From: Histomonas meleagridis 2922-C6/04-290x
Taxonomy: Eukaryota > Protista > Parabasalia
Assembly: GCA_020184695.1 (NCBI GenBank)
Contig: JAANOX010000198.1
Span: 62,001-126,000, forward strand
Direction: 5' to 3'
Length of the DNA stretch: 64,000 nucleotides
Positions 46,560-60,176 of the stretch are shown here, in pieces. The position numbers and the translations under genes are program-made. Numbering within the stretch: the first letter of the stretch is position 1; each line of letters begins with the position of its first letter. The notes under the pieces were generated by a model, which was not told where the DNA came from, ran no database searches, and saw nothing but the letters and a program-made list of their open reading frames with translations.

Positions 46560-49480
46560 TTTTTGATGATAATTTCAATGATTTTTTGATTTACAACTAT
46601 CTCTGTAAGGTTATATTCCACAAGAGATATTGATAAACCACAGAAAAAATAAACCAAGATAAATAATTATAACTGCTATCATTTACTTTGAAATTCTAAT
46701 CACCATAAGTAGCATTCATTAATTCATTATTTTAATGTATCAACACAAATTCCAATAAATTCCTTATTACATTTCCACTACTTTTAACAGATGGTATGCA
46801 GTTAATAGAGTCTGTAGTAGAAATATATTTATTTTCATTATTTTCATTATCTAATTCATAAGCATTAACTGCTATAAATACTGGTTTTCCTATAATAAAA
46901 TTATCAATATTTTCATTATATTCAATAGGTGCGTTGGGTTTAATTGTCTTATTCATTTGACCATCACCACTACTGCTTATAATTTCTTTTCTATACTGAG
47001 AATTTTAGTAATGCCAAAAACTAAGCTCATTTTGATAGGAAGCAATCCTCCAGGTATATGTTCCAGGAGCTTCAGTAGAATTATTATGATACAAAATCTA
47101 AAAATATGCCTGTTCCCAAAACAGAATTCTGATATAGCACAATATCATTTGGGACATTCGTATGAGTTGCTGGATTCAAAGTATTAGGTTTATCTGTAAT
47201 ATCCTTATAACTATGAATATGTCCATTTAATGAGAAAAAACTAACATCAATATAATTAATAGAATTACAATTTATATTGCCATTGTTTACATTAAAACTG
47301 ATATTATCATCGTTATTATTAAGTATACCAAAATATAATGTATTACCAGAAGTTCTTATTCCAGCTATAATCACTATTATAATCATTACTATCATGAAAA
47401 TCAACACAATCTCCAATCTCCATTACACCATCACTATTGATAGTAGCTATACGATTATATGTTCTACTAGTAATAAGTTTGATGAAACAGTTAATTCTTT
47501 TGGGGTGTTAATTAAGAAAAGTAAACTTATAGCAATATCTGATAACGATTTATTAGATTTCATAAATAAATATATAAGAAGAGTATTGAAATATAATTCT
47601 ATTATAAAATTTATCAATAATGATTTTAAAGAAGTTAATGAGGAATCTTTTTGCTCAAAATAAAGAATATGATAAACATATTGAACAAGCAAAAAATGAA
47701 TCTAAATTTGAAAAAGAAAATTATGAAAAAGAATTAAAGCATGGACAGGAATTAGAAAAACAAAACTATGAAAAAGAACAAGCTATTAAGAAAGCTAAGG
47801 AAGAAAAAGAAGAATCACGTAAAATAAATCAAACAATAGAGACAAAAGACTTTAGAACTCAATGGTTTAAAAAATTAATATGTTTTAAATGAACTCAATA
47901 ATCATCGAGATATTCTTTCGGCATGAATTAATGATATGGGAATGAATATACAGAATATAACAAGCAGCTATTGAACAGAGTGATATAAAAAGACAGATTA
48001 ATGAATTAGAATTTAAATATATTTAGAATTAGATAATAAAAAGAAAGAATTACAAGAATTAAATAATAGAAATGTCGATGAAACAGGATTATCTCAATCA
48101 GTTAAAGTTAGACATCAGAATTATTTACAAAGAATGGCAATAGATAGAATGCAAAAAAGAAGTGAACTTTTAAAAGAAAATCATGAATTAAAATTAGAGT
48201 ATCAACAGATGATATTAATAAAATTGATTAAGGAGAAGCAAATAGATTACAAGGAATTATTTGAGATAATGAAATTAAAACAAGGAAATTAATTATCTTG
48301 ATTCTGATTATGATGTTTATGCTGAAACAGAAAATATTAAATATGATGAAAAATAAAAAAATTCTCATTCGAAAGCTAAGATTTTTGAATTAGAGAAAAC
48401 ACAAGAAGAATTGGGGTAATTACCCAATGATAAAGATATTAATGAAAATTTGAAAAAAATGCTGTTGATGAACTTAGAATAAAACGAATTAATGAATTGA
48501 ATGATAGTAAAGAAAAAGAATATCAATCAAAAGTTGAATTAGTGAAAAGGAAGGCTTCTAGTAATGCTTATCTAAACGAAGACTTTATCAAATTAGCTAA
48601 AGAAGTTGCTGAGAAAGAACAGCAAGCTATGAATAATATGTAATAAAAAGAACAACGAGATATATTAGAAAAAGCTCGTCGTGAATCAATTATTTTACAA
48701 TAGCAGTTAAATGCAGCAAGAACTACTAATAATTTAAATGATATATCTGTTATGGCTCAAATTGGATATCATTTACAGAAATTAACAAAATTACCTAGGA
48801 AAAGGACTTGTAGAACAAATGATTGTTTTCAGACAAAATATTATAATTAGATGTAATATGTTTGGTAAATCTGGTTGGGAGAGCTATATTATTATATATT
48901 CTCAATTGAGAATCATGATTTTAACATATTTTATATTGGATATGATATAACTCATGAGTTTTTACAAGGTCCGAATTCAGCTTTGAAACGATTGATGAAT
49001 AGTTAATTAATTTTTTATCTTATATAGATGTTTGCACCTCAAAATCAACAACCTAATGTAATAGATGCATGAACGAACATTTAGAGGACTGGTATAATGC
49101 AGTTGATGAAGCACTAAAGTTATCAGAGATTATTCCTGAAAAATCTGAATATTCTACAGCAACATTCTACGAAGATGTTGGAAAAATAAATAAGAGCGAT
49201 ATTACTTACGTCGATATAATCAGATCGTTTCCAAATGATTAGTTTAAATAATTCATATATCACTTTAGAACAAGAAATTATTATTAACGTTAGTTTATAG
49301 TTTATCTGACGAAGCTAAGGCTGGAAATGATTGTTTTGCTACAATAGATAAAATAAGCAATCATGATCCTTTTGTACATGGTGTATATTGTGATTTTTCA
49401 GCAATAACTGCTAGTTAAAATATTTATGTAAAAATTCCTTGTCGAATCTCATTATTTTATTTCTGATTATTATTTAATAT
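46560..49480. pseudogene. Decayed multi-ORF block (Asn-rich minus-strand fragments, coiled-coil plus-strand fragments), possibly a Maverick/Polinton-like remnant
   Basis: Stop-riddled but protein-like frames (46732-46956, 47084-47416, 47620-48780); no diagnostic polB, integrase or capsid motif seen. Confidence 0.25.
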
Positions 49481-49504
49481 AAGATATTTGAGCTATATAT
49501 ATAA

Positions 49505-49582
49505 TTTGAGCGTAAGTGTTTCCCATTCGTTTTGAGATTTCTGACTTGTTGTTGCTGCTTGCTTTTGGTTCATCTTGAACAT
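49505..49582 (-). pseudogene. 5'-end fragment of a locus-1/5-type DUF3447 gene
   Basis: Reverse complement reads MNQKQAATTSQKSQNEWETLTL, cf. MNQNQTATTNQKFQNEWETLTAL at 51430. Confidence 0.7.
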
Positions 49583-51429
49583 ATAAACTACTCATTAACT
49601 TAGTATTGGATTTTGTGAATATTCGCTTTTTCTAAATTTTACTTGATCGGTTTCAGTTAAAAACACTTTTTGAATACTTTCGATCGGTGAGTGAGCTTAA
49701 ACAAACACGGATATCTTGGATATAAATTGGAGATCAGTAATAAAACATTGTTTTTTTCTTTAATGAGTATATGAATATTATATATAAAATTACAACAAAT
49801 TTGAGGCGAAATTTATGATGATATAGGGGTTGCATCCAGGTACGATCAAAATCAACTTTTTCAATACTTTCGAAAAAACATGTTTTTGTATCTCACATAT
49901 TTCCATGTATATAATAAATTATAAAATTTATTGTTGATCCAGGAAATAATACTACATGGACTTCAAGTTTATTATGTTGTTTCCGTATAAGGTAAGCCTA
50001 AATAAATTTATCAATATAATATATAAATCAAATTATCGTAATTTTTTGATACAAACATTACATGGCATTATATTTTATAGTGCTAGAAATCAAATAAATT
50101 AAAACAAAATCAAGAAATCCACAAAACGAAATGAAAAAAATTAAGTAAGTCTGTTCAAAGACAAAAGATACAAATAATATTGAGTGATTTATAATATTAT
50201 CAAAAGATTCTGACAAAATAAAGTTCTTATAATTTCATAATTTTTATCATTTGGTGTTATATGCAAATGTCTTAGATAATATTTTAAACATATCAAAAAA
50301 AAATTTTCCATACGTACATGAATTATGTGAATACAATTTTTCAACATTGTTGTAACCCGAAATGTTTTCTGAAAATGAACGGTCTCCAAATTGAATACTT
50401 CACACTCGGGAAAAGTTGATTGGTGCATCAATTGTTGGCGACGGTTACAGATCGGCAATAAATTTTACGGTGTCAAATTGACGATAGATATACGATAAAA
50501 CGTTTTGAACATGTTCAAAACGTTTTATCGTATATCTATCGTGAAAGTGACATTGGTGTGAAATATAATTGAATTGCTTACATTGGTATAAAGTATTGAA
50601 AAGGTTGAATGACATTTTGACGTGACGACTTTTTGAATAGATTTTAATCGTTGAATATTTTGTTAGTCGTGTGTAAACTATATAAAAAGTGAAGAAATAT
50701 TGACCGTTTATACGGATAACATATCGGGTTATTACAAACATCTCTCAACATAACATATAATTATTTTGATATATTTGCCATACTTTTATAAGTTCAAATT
50801 ATATATATATATCATAATAACAATAATTTAATCATATACTCGTTTTGTCTCATATGTAACATATGAGGTTGGACCAATTGAACCTTCGACTTTTTGTGCG
50901 GAAAAATACTTCCGTTACTATAAGACTATTAATATTGAATTATAAAAGTATATTCTGATTATTAACGGTTTTGGGGCGGTCGACGAAAATCTTCCGTTCT
51001 CAACACTGTATTATTGATATTTTGTATTGATGTAGGCTTTTAACCTCACGGATAACCTATTGAATCACTAATTATAAAAATCGATTTTTTCAAAGAATTT
51101 CATAGATTTCACTATATATTATTTATTTTGTTGCATCGTCTTAGTTCTTAGATAATATATTAGATTATTAAAAATCGTTTTGTATCAAATAAAATTAATA
51201 AATAAATAATATCCTCTGTTGTATTTATGAGGTTCAGCATGCAAAATTTGAGAAAAATCTGCATTTGCTGCTTCATATCGGCAACGATAGACTTCGGTCT
51301 ATAACGGTCGCCGATACGATAGAGTGAAAATCTTGAATTTAATAGTTCACTCATAATTAAATAGTTTACTTAATTGAGCGATTTCTTAGAATTTCCATAC
51401 GCAACAGTTACTTAGATATTCTTCCTAAA

Positions 51430-52492
51430 ATGAACCAAAATCAAACAGCAACAACAAATCAGAAATTTCAAAACGAATGGGAAACACTTACAGCGCTCAA
51501 AAAAATAATCTTTGGTTTGAATATAGATAATTTTTCTCAATCATCAAATTTTATTATCAGCAAGTTTTGTAAAGAATATCCAATATCTTATGATATCATT
51601 ATATTCCGAATGATATATATATATATCTTCTGATTGATAGTAATAATTTTGATATATATTTGAAATTATTGCAAGAAATTGAAAAATATGAAGAAAATAA
51701 TAAAATCAACACAAAAATAATAAATTTATTTTCTCAATTTCTACTTAAAGAAAACACACAAGAATCATTTTATTTACTTAATTACATGATTAAGTATAAT
51801 TTACTTGAATCAAAATTCATCAAAAAAATACATTTAATCCATTTTTGTTCATATTAATCAAGATAAATCAAAATGAATATAAATATTTATTTGATCAAGA
51901 AAATATTGCTTATGAAGAACTTTCACAAAATGACTTTGCACTTCATAAGCAATTAATTGAAGAAGGAGTTAATCCAAGAGAAATTGCGAAAATAATTCGA
52001 AATGATGAAATAGAAAAACTTCAAGATATATCATCACAAACAAATTTTGATTTTAATCAAACGATTAAACCATCACTTTATGAAAGATGTTCATTTATTA
52101 ATGAAGATAATGTTACATTAATTGATTATGCAGCATTTTTTTCTGCAATTAAATGCTTTAAATATTTACTTATGAATGGTGCAAGTGTAGAAAATACAGG
52201 TAAATATGCAATTGCAGGTGGAAATGAAGAAATTATTCATTTATGTGAACAAAATCATTCATCATTTGAAGGTGCATATAAAACAGCAATTAAGTTTCAT
52301 CTAAATAAAATTTTTAAATATCTTTATGAAAATAAAATTGAAGATATTAATAATTTGATATTTCAAAATAATATTTGGAAATTATTTAAATTATTTTATA
52401 CAGCACTTATTTTAGCATCTTATAAAGGTCATACAGAAATAGTTAAATTACTTCTTGAACAAAAAGGAATTGATATTAATGCTAAAGAATAA
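51430..52492 (+). pseudogene. DUF3447-ankyrin locus 5, close paralog of locus 1; frameshifts, internal deletion, single ANK unit
   Basis: (AT)7 slip at 51613-51626, extra As at ~51825 and ~51870; jumps from KIEDINN into mid-spacer; stops after INAKE. Confidence 0.85.
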
Positions 52493-52554
52493 TTAGCTTA
52501 AGCTAATAAAATTTTGGATATCTTTATCAAGAATAAAAACCTTTGCATAAATAT

Positions 52555-52586
<32 letters not shown>
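52555..52586. repeat. (AAC)n microsatellite
   Basis: ~10 units. Confidence 0.9.
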
Positions 52587-52629
52587 AAAGCTTTTTAACA
52601 AAAAGAAAAAATATTTAAATATCAAATTT

Positions 52630-53097
52630 TTAATGATTTACAACTTTTTGTTTCTTTTTGTCCTTATGGTTATGGGCCCATCTCACAACGAGTAATTTCC
52701 CTTCGACAAATTTGCCATTAAGCTCATTCATTGCAGCGACTGCGCTTTTGTGGTCCGCCATCATGCACAACGCAGTTCCCTCCTCCATAAGAAATGGAGA
52801 CTTGACAGTGCCAAATTGCGAGAACATGTCGGCAAGATCGTCGTTTGTCTTGATGTTGACGGAAGATTTTCAATATACAAATTGTTTCTATAAAAATGTT
52901 TAAATTTTTGCTGATTTTGTTTTGATCTTGGTTTTTTGAAATTATTATGAACACTATTCATTGCATTAGGTTGTGGATTTTGCTGGCGTTTTGCTTGATG
53001 GTTGAGTGGTCCATTTGTTGGAATCCTTGTTGCTGATTTGAATAAACCATTTGTTGACTTGGAATTGATATTGCTGGGATCCTATTTGTGGATCCAT
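52630..53097 (-). CDS. Gln/Asn-rich RRM RNA-binding protein (frameshifted in this sequence)
   Basis: RNP2-like NLYIENLPS, then after a 1-nt shift DLADMFSQFGTVKS...AVAAMNELNGKFVEGKLLVVRWA. Confidence 0.75.
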
Positions 53098-53258
53098 CTT
53101 AGATCTAAGTGTATCATTTGCTGAGATGGGTAGATATTATTATAGATCTTTGCCACCAGATTTTCGCCATTGGAAACATTAATAACGGTTATGGACGTTA
53201 ATTACAAAAGACGATAATATCGCACTCAACTTTTATACTCTCGTAAAAAAAGTGACAG

Positions 53259-53642
53259 ATGAGAATCAAATACTTTGAAGCGCATCTACGAGAAATTGAA
53301 CAAGGAGCAAATGCAATAAGGATGCTTACCGAACTTGAATCAAAAAAACTAAGTGATTTATTTTTAACTTTTGTCGTCGATATAGCAAATAGAAAAGAAG
53401 ACCATATTTATCCTGTTTCATCAAACATTGAAACAGTCACACAGAACGAATCAACTAAAATTGCAATTGAAATTCCAAATTTTTCATTTGATCCATCTTT
53501 AACATATGATGAATTAACAAATATTGGAGCTTTTGAATTATCAGGGAAAGATGATGATGGAATTCCTTTCTCTTTATCTATTCCTGTTTTCTGTTCAGAT
53601 GAATTTCATATTGAAATTTTATCACCAATTGCAAATCATTGA
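53259..53642 (+). CDS. Hypothetical 127-aa beta-rich protein (faint Asf1-like pattern)
   Basis: Clean ATG-TGA ORF with coding-like composition; family assignment is a guess. Confidence 0.55.
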   Translation: MRIKYFEAHLREIEQGANAIRMLTELESKKLSDLFLTFVVDIANRKEDHIYPVSSNIETVTQNESTKIAIEIPNFSFDPSLTYDELTNIGAFELSGKDDDGIPFSLSIPVFCSDEFHIEILSPIANH

Positions 53643-54340
53643 GATTTCAATAAAAATATTTATATTGTTTTATACTTTATCACAGTAAATAATGGTTAAC
53701 CTATTATTTTTTAATCATCCTAAAAGCAAAAAATGATTAATTAAGTTATCATTATTTCTATAGAAACAATGAGTCGTATAATTCCAACACTTTTATGCGG
53801 TAGAAAATGATAAATATCTAAAAAGTAACGAATTCAGAATTTGGTATATGTTATTTTAAAAGACAAAGAAAAACATGTTTTCCATGATATCTTCTTGAAA
53901 TCTTTAGGCGCTGAAATTTTGTAGAATAAATTAGAATGTAATAATAGCAAGGTGATAGTGGTTATAAATAAAAAGGAAATAATTCATTATTTGACGAATT
54001 CTCTTACAGATTTAAATTGTTCAATTTTTTGAGGGGCAAATTTTCTAATTCAAAATAGAAAATAATATTCAATATTTATTAATCAAGTGTTCGAGAACGA
54101 AAAATATTATAAAAAGGATCGTTGATTGACTCTGTCCTCACTCAACATACTCCATTAACGACCAAAGCTTTCCTTGACTGTTCGATTTTTCATTTTCGTT
54201 TAGTTTTAAGAATCTCTACACATAAAAAAAATTATGAAATAAATAAATCATTTGATTGTTTTAATTTTTGTTATGACTTTTACTTATTTAATTTTTTATC
54301 TAAACCAATTCATTTGTGGTCTTTCATTATGATTTGAACT

Positions 54341-57300
54341 TTATTCGTCAAATATTATTCCTTCTTGTTGTTTAAGTAAATTAATTATTTCAGGATTTCT
54401 TGTCAACATAATTGCAATTTCATATTATAAAAATTAACACCAAATTAATCGAACGAATATCGTAACATTAAAACAAAAGTCAAAAGGGATAAACAATTAT
54501 TATCGATATTCAAACAGATATCTTTTTGCTTTATAAGTAATTTTACTATTTCGATATTATTATATTGACAAGCGAACATTAAAGGTGTCCAAAATAATAA
54601 AAATAAATTCCAATAAATTTATAAAAACTGAAAATATTTCTAATAAATTTCATTTTGCGCATTAACATTTGCACCTTTTTCAAGAAGTATTTTAACAACT
54701 TCTGTTTGCGCTTGACTTAAATCACCATAAAATGAGTCACGATTCAACGCCGCGTTCTTAGCAGCAATTTTGGCCATTTTAATTAATTGTTTCTCAAATA
54801 AAATAAACAAATACTCAATAATGAAACCAAACCAAAAGCATTATAAATAAATTCCAAATATATTATATTAATATGATTCGTATTTAGATCAACTCCTTGA
54901 CTTTTCATGATCTTATGGATGAAATTAGGTCCCATTTCAGTAACTTTTTTACATATTAACATTAATGCTGTATAAAATACATTAAATAAATTCCAAATAA
55001 CATTTTGAAATTTGAAATGATTTGAATTTATTTTGTTTGCTGCATTTACATCAATATCTTCTTTCGTTAAAAGTAATTTTACTATTTCAATGTTTTGATT
55101 TTCACATCCATATATTAAAGCTGTATAAAATAATTTCAGTAAACTTGATATTTTCATATTAAATGTCAAATCATTATAGTAAATACGTAATAAATTTAAG
55201 AAATATTACATATATTAACATCAATATTATCTTGTTCAAGTAATAATTTAACGATATTAACAAAATCTTTTTGTGATGCATAAATTAACGGAGTATTAAA
55301 TTTTTATTATAAATACCAAAACATTTAAAAAAACTAAAAATTTAATAAAATTAACACAAAATTATATTAACAAATATTTTGGACATTACAATCTACATTT
55401 TGATGCTCGAGTATTAATTTCATAACTACCATTTTGTGCAGCAACAATTAAAACTGTTTCAATTAATATATGAAAACTCCGAATATTATGATTAAATACT
55501 TTATAAATTAAATAAATATCAAAAATTTTGGGTTTACATTTCGAATATTAACATCAATATCTTTTTGTTCAAGAAGTATTTTAGCTACATCAAAACTATT
55601 CTTAGCCGAAGCTTCCATTAAAGCAGTCCAAAACAAATTAAATAAATCCCAAATTTCAAGTTTATACATAAAAAGATTCAAATTAATATCAATATATTAT
55701 AACAAATACTTCTTGAATTAATATCGATTCCTTCTTTTGATAAAAGTAATTTTACTATTTCGATGTTATTATTTGTTGATGCTTTCATTAAAGCTGTCCA
55801 AAGATTCCCATAAAAACACCAAATTTATTATATTATACATTATATTATTCAAATTAACTTCAAATTGTGTATCAAAACGTTTTTCATATTAACATCAATT
55901 TTTTCATTATTCAAAAGTAATTTAACAATTTCATTGTTATTATTCTCAATAGAATACATTAAAGAAGTCCAACATAACAAAAACAATTTTCAAATTATAT
56001 TATAAAAATTTAAATATGCATATAATATATTATCATAAGAATTAACATTTATGTTTTCTTGGTCAAGAAGAAGTTTTAATATGTTAATGTTTTTATTTTT
56101 TGTTGCAATTATTAAAGCTGTTTCAAATATATTTAATCAATTCCAAATAATAAATTTAAACTAAAAATTATCAAGTTAATCATTAAGTTAATATTAAAGT
56201 AATATTTTGTGCATTAATATCAATGCTTTTATGCTCAAGAAATAGTTTAACAACATCAAAACTATTATTTTTTACTGCTATTAAAAGAGGAGTTGCAAAT
56301 AAAATGAACAAATTCCAAAAATTTTACTTAAACGTCAAATAAAATTTATAATTTTTTCTTATATTCATATCAATGTTCTTATTTTCTAAAAGCATTTTAA
56401 TAATTTCATTTTGATTATTCATACAAGCAAACAATAAAGCCGAATAAAATTATTTTAATAAACTCCATATAATTAATAAAAACATTAAATCATTCGAAGT
56501 TACAACTTTAGCATTAATATCAATTTCTTCTTTTTCAAGGAATAATTTAACAATTTCTTTATGACCTTCAATAATTGCTATCATTAAAGCAGTATAAAAA
56601 CATTGAAATAAACACCAAATTATAATATCAAATTTTATGTTAATATTAAAAATATTTTTAGCATTAATATCAATATCTTTTTGTTGAAGAAGTAATTTTA
56701 CTACTTCAATGTTATTCTTCATAACAGCAAACATTAATGGTGTGAAAAATATTTTGAATAAATACCAAAAAACTTGTTAAAACAGAAAATTATTAAAATT
56801 AATATAAAATAAATCAAATAAAGATCTCTCTTATTAACATCATCTCCTTTTTCAAGAAGTAATTTAACAATTTCGACATAACCATTTTGATTTGAATTTG
56901 GAACTAATAATTTAATAAATTTAAATGAATTTTTTTATCAGATGTTTTATAAATTTTATCTTCAATGAAACCAGTATTAATTGGTGTACCTTTAGCACAT
57001 GCATAAATAAGTGCTGTAAAAAGAAAACTTAATAAATTCCAAAAATTATATTTGGTCACAAAAACATTAAAAGAAACTAAAAATATTATAATACAACATC
57101 AACTGTTTTAATATCAATTTCTTTCTCAAGAAATGATTTTATTATATTAATATTACCACGAGTGCATGCAATAAGGAACGCTGTTAGGAATAATTAAAAT
57201 ATGTTCCAAATATTAATTTGATATATCAAATATATAAAATTTACACAAATAAAAATAAATAAACGTTTTTTATATGTACATTAATTCCTTCTTGTTCAAG

Positions 57301-58283
57301 AAGTAATTTAACTATTTCTGTACAACCATTAAAAGATGCATTCATAAGTGCTGTTTCAAATAATTTAAATAATTTCCAAATATTATTTTGAAATACTAAA
57401 TTATTAATATAAATTTTAAACAAAACAAATAAATATCTTTAGCATTGGTATCAATTCCTTCTTGTTCAAGAAGTAATTTAACTATTTCTGTATGACCATT
57501 TGAAGATGCTAATGTAAGTGCTGTATCAAATAATTTAAATAATTTCCAAACATTATTTTGAAATAGAAAATTATTAAAATAAATATTAAATAAAACAAAT
57601 AAATATCTTTAGCATTAATATCAATTCCTTCTTGTTCAAGAAGTAATGAAACTATTTCTGTATGACCTTTCCAAGATGCCCAAATAAGTGCCGAAAAAAT
57701 AATTTAAATAATTTCCAAATATTATTTTGAAATAGAAAATTATTAAAATAAATATAAAATAAAACAAATAAATATCTTTAGCATTAATATCAATTCCTTT
57801 TTGTTCAAGAAGTAATTTAACGATTTCTATATGACCGTAATTAGATGCAAAAATAAGTGCTGTTTGAAATAATTAAAATAATTTTCGAATATTATTTTGA
57901 AATATTAAATTATTAAAATAAATATCAAATAAAACAAATAAATATCTTTAGCATTAATATCAATTCCTTCTTGTTCAAGAAGTAATTTAACGATTTCTAT
58001 ATGACCGTAATTAGATGCAAAAATAAGTGCTGTATAAAATAATTTAAATAATTTCCAAATATTATTTTGAAATATCAAATTATTAAAATAAATTTTAAAT
58101 AAAATAAATAAATATCTTTAGCATTAATATCAATTCCTTCTTGTTCAAGAAGTAATTTAACTATTTCTGTATGACCTTTTTGAGATGCTCTCATAAGTGC
58201 TGTCCAAAATAATTTAAATAATTTCCAAATATTATTTTGAAATATCAAATTATTAAAATAAATATTAAATAAAACAAACAAAT
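54341..58283 (-). repeat. Long ankyrin unit array with (17+3)n spacers
   Basis: Periods 170,170,169,170,170,170,167, then 150,150,150,172,153,171,170,170,163,170,153. Confidence 0.9.
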
Positions 58284-59621
58284 ATCTTTAACATTAATAT
58301 CAATTCCTTTTTGTTCTAAAGCAAATTGAACACTTTCTATATTACCCGATTGTGAAAAATTGACTAAAAGATTTTTTGGAAATTGATGATTTCGTAGTAA
58401 ATATTTAACTAATAATAAGTTTCCTTCTTTTGATGAATTTTTTATAATAGAATCATCCATATGTATTCCTTCTTCTTCATTGAAAAATGAAAAAATTTCA
58501 TAGTTTCCACTACTTATACAAGTTTCGCATAATATTTTCAGCTTTTCTGCTCTTATCTCATCAGGAGACTTCATATTCTTTTGTATATTCATTGGTTGAT
58601 TCATAAAATTACCAAATAACCCAAAAACAGGCAACTTATTTCCAAACATTGAAAATTGATTTGTTGGAACTTGTTTCGGTTCTTCTTGATCAAGTTTTTC
58701 GATTTTATTATTATAAATATATTTAAAGATATCATTTTTGTGGAATTTTATTGCTGTTTCACATGCGCCATCAAATGAACAATTGTTTTGTTCGCACATT
58801 TTAATTATTTCAATGTTTCCACTTGCAACGGCATATTTCCCGACGTTTGTAGTTTTAGCTCCATTCAAAAGCAAATATTTGAAGCATTTTATTGATCCAA
58901 AAAATGCTGCATAATCAATTAATGAAACATTTATTTGATTAATGAATGAACATCTTTCATAAAGTGATGGATCAATTGTTTGGTTAAAATCAAAATTTGG
59001 ATGTGATGATATTTCTTGAAGTTTTTCTATTTCGTCATTTCGAATTATCTTTGTAATTTCATTCGGATTATGTCCTTCTTCAATTAATTTCTTATGAAGT
59101 TCCCAATCATTTGCTTTAAGTTTTTCAATATTTGCATCGAATATTTTTTCGATCTTCGTAAGCGTAGGATCTCTGTTGAATACAGTTGATTTTATTTTGT
59201 TACGATGTATAAAATAAGATGAGCATATGGATTTAGATTTATTTTCGTCAATTATCCCTTTGCTAATCATTTTCTCAACTAAATAAAGTTGTTCTTGTGT
59301 ATAAGGAGACTTGTAAATTAAATAGTTAGAAAATATTTTTAAGATTTTAGCTTTATCATTATCTTTGTTTATTTGCTCTTCTTTTGATTGGAGTGATTCT
59401 AAATATTTGAAATATATGTCACTAACACATTTGGTTGAAACAAATGAAGAATAAACTAATATAGATATGGCAACATTATATGAATAGATAAAATCGGGTT
59501 CAATAAGTTTCATTGTTTCTTCAACTGAAGCATTAAGATTTTCTTCATTTAATTTAAATATGATTTGAGTGATTGCAATTAGCTTTTGCATCTCAGTGGA
59601 TTGATTGTTAGCTCCTTCCAT
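54341..59621 (-). CDS. DUF3447-ankyrin locus 6 (~23 micro-exon-interrupted ANK repeats; distal half highly diverged with local lesions)
   Basis: Uninterrupted N-terminal ORF with the DUF3447 core; terminal repeat ends KQQEGIIFDE* at 54341; lesions at ~56850-56990 and ~55400. Confidence 0.75.
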
Positions 59622-60176
59622 GAACAAAAAGTAAAACTAACCGACCAAGGCACCACTTTTCTATAGAAATATTCTGTTGCTTTTGTATGGAGAACTCCTT
59701 TGTGTTGTGCTATCGTTTCTAAAACAGTTCATTTGTTGATTCACACCTTGCATTGAAATATTTCAAAAATATTGTTTAAACAAACGAATTCATACAAAAA
59801 AGCATAAAAACCGTTATTTTCAGAGCATCGTTTACTATCATTGGAATTCCAATGATTCATTCAATTCTATTGCAATTTGCAACATGATAAAAATCAAAAT
59901 AGTGAAACACCATAGATCAAGATTGCATGTGAGTCAATATAACAACGGATTTCAAACTTCAAAATTCAATTTCTTCAGTATAAAATAGTTTAAGAATTGA
60001 TAGGAAATATAATAAATTTTTTTAATCATGTTACTGCAATATAATCGCAAGCTAAAAGATAGATAATTTTAATTTGTAATTTTGTTTATTGAACTTCATC
60101 ACCAAAGAACTAAGAAGTAAATACTATGCTTCTACATTAATATATTGATGAAAAAAGAAAAATTTAAAAAAAATTA

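Noticed and set aside
50189-51354. ORFs 50189-50458, 50445-50741 and 51160-51354 as genes
   Set aside because: Fragmented by stops with no recognisable domain; at most a decayed unknown gene.
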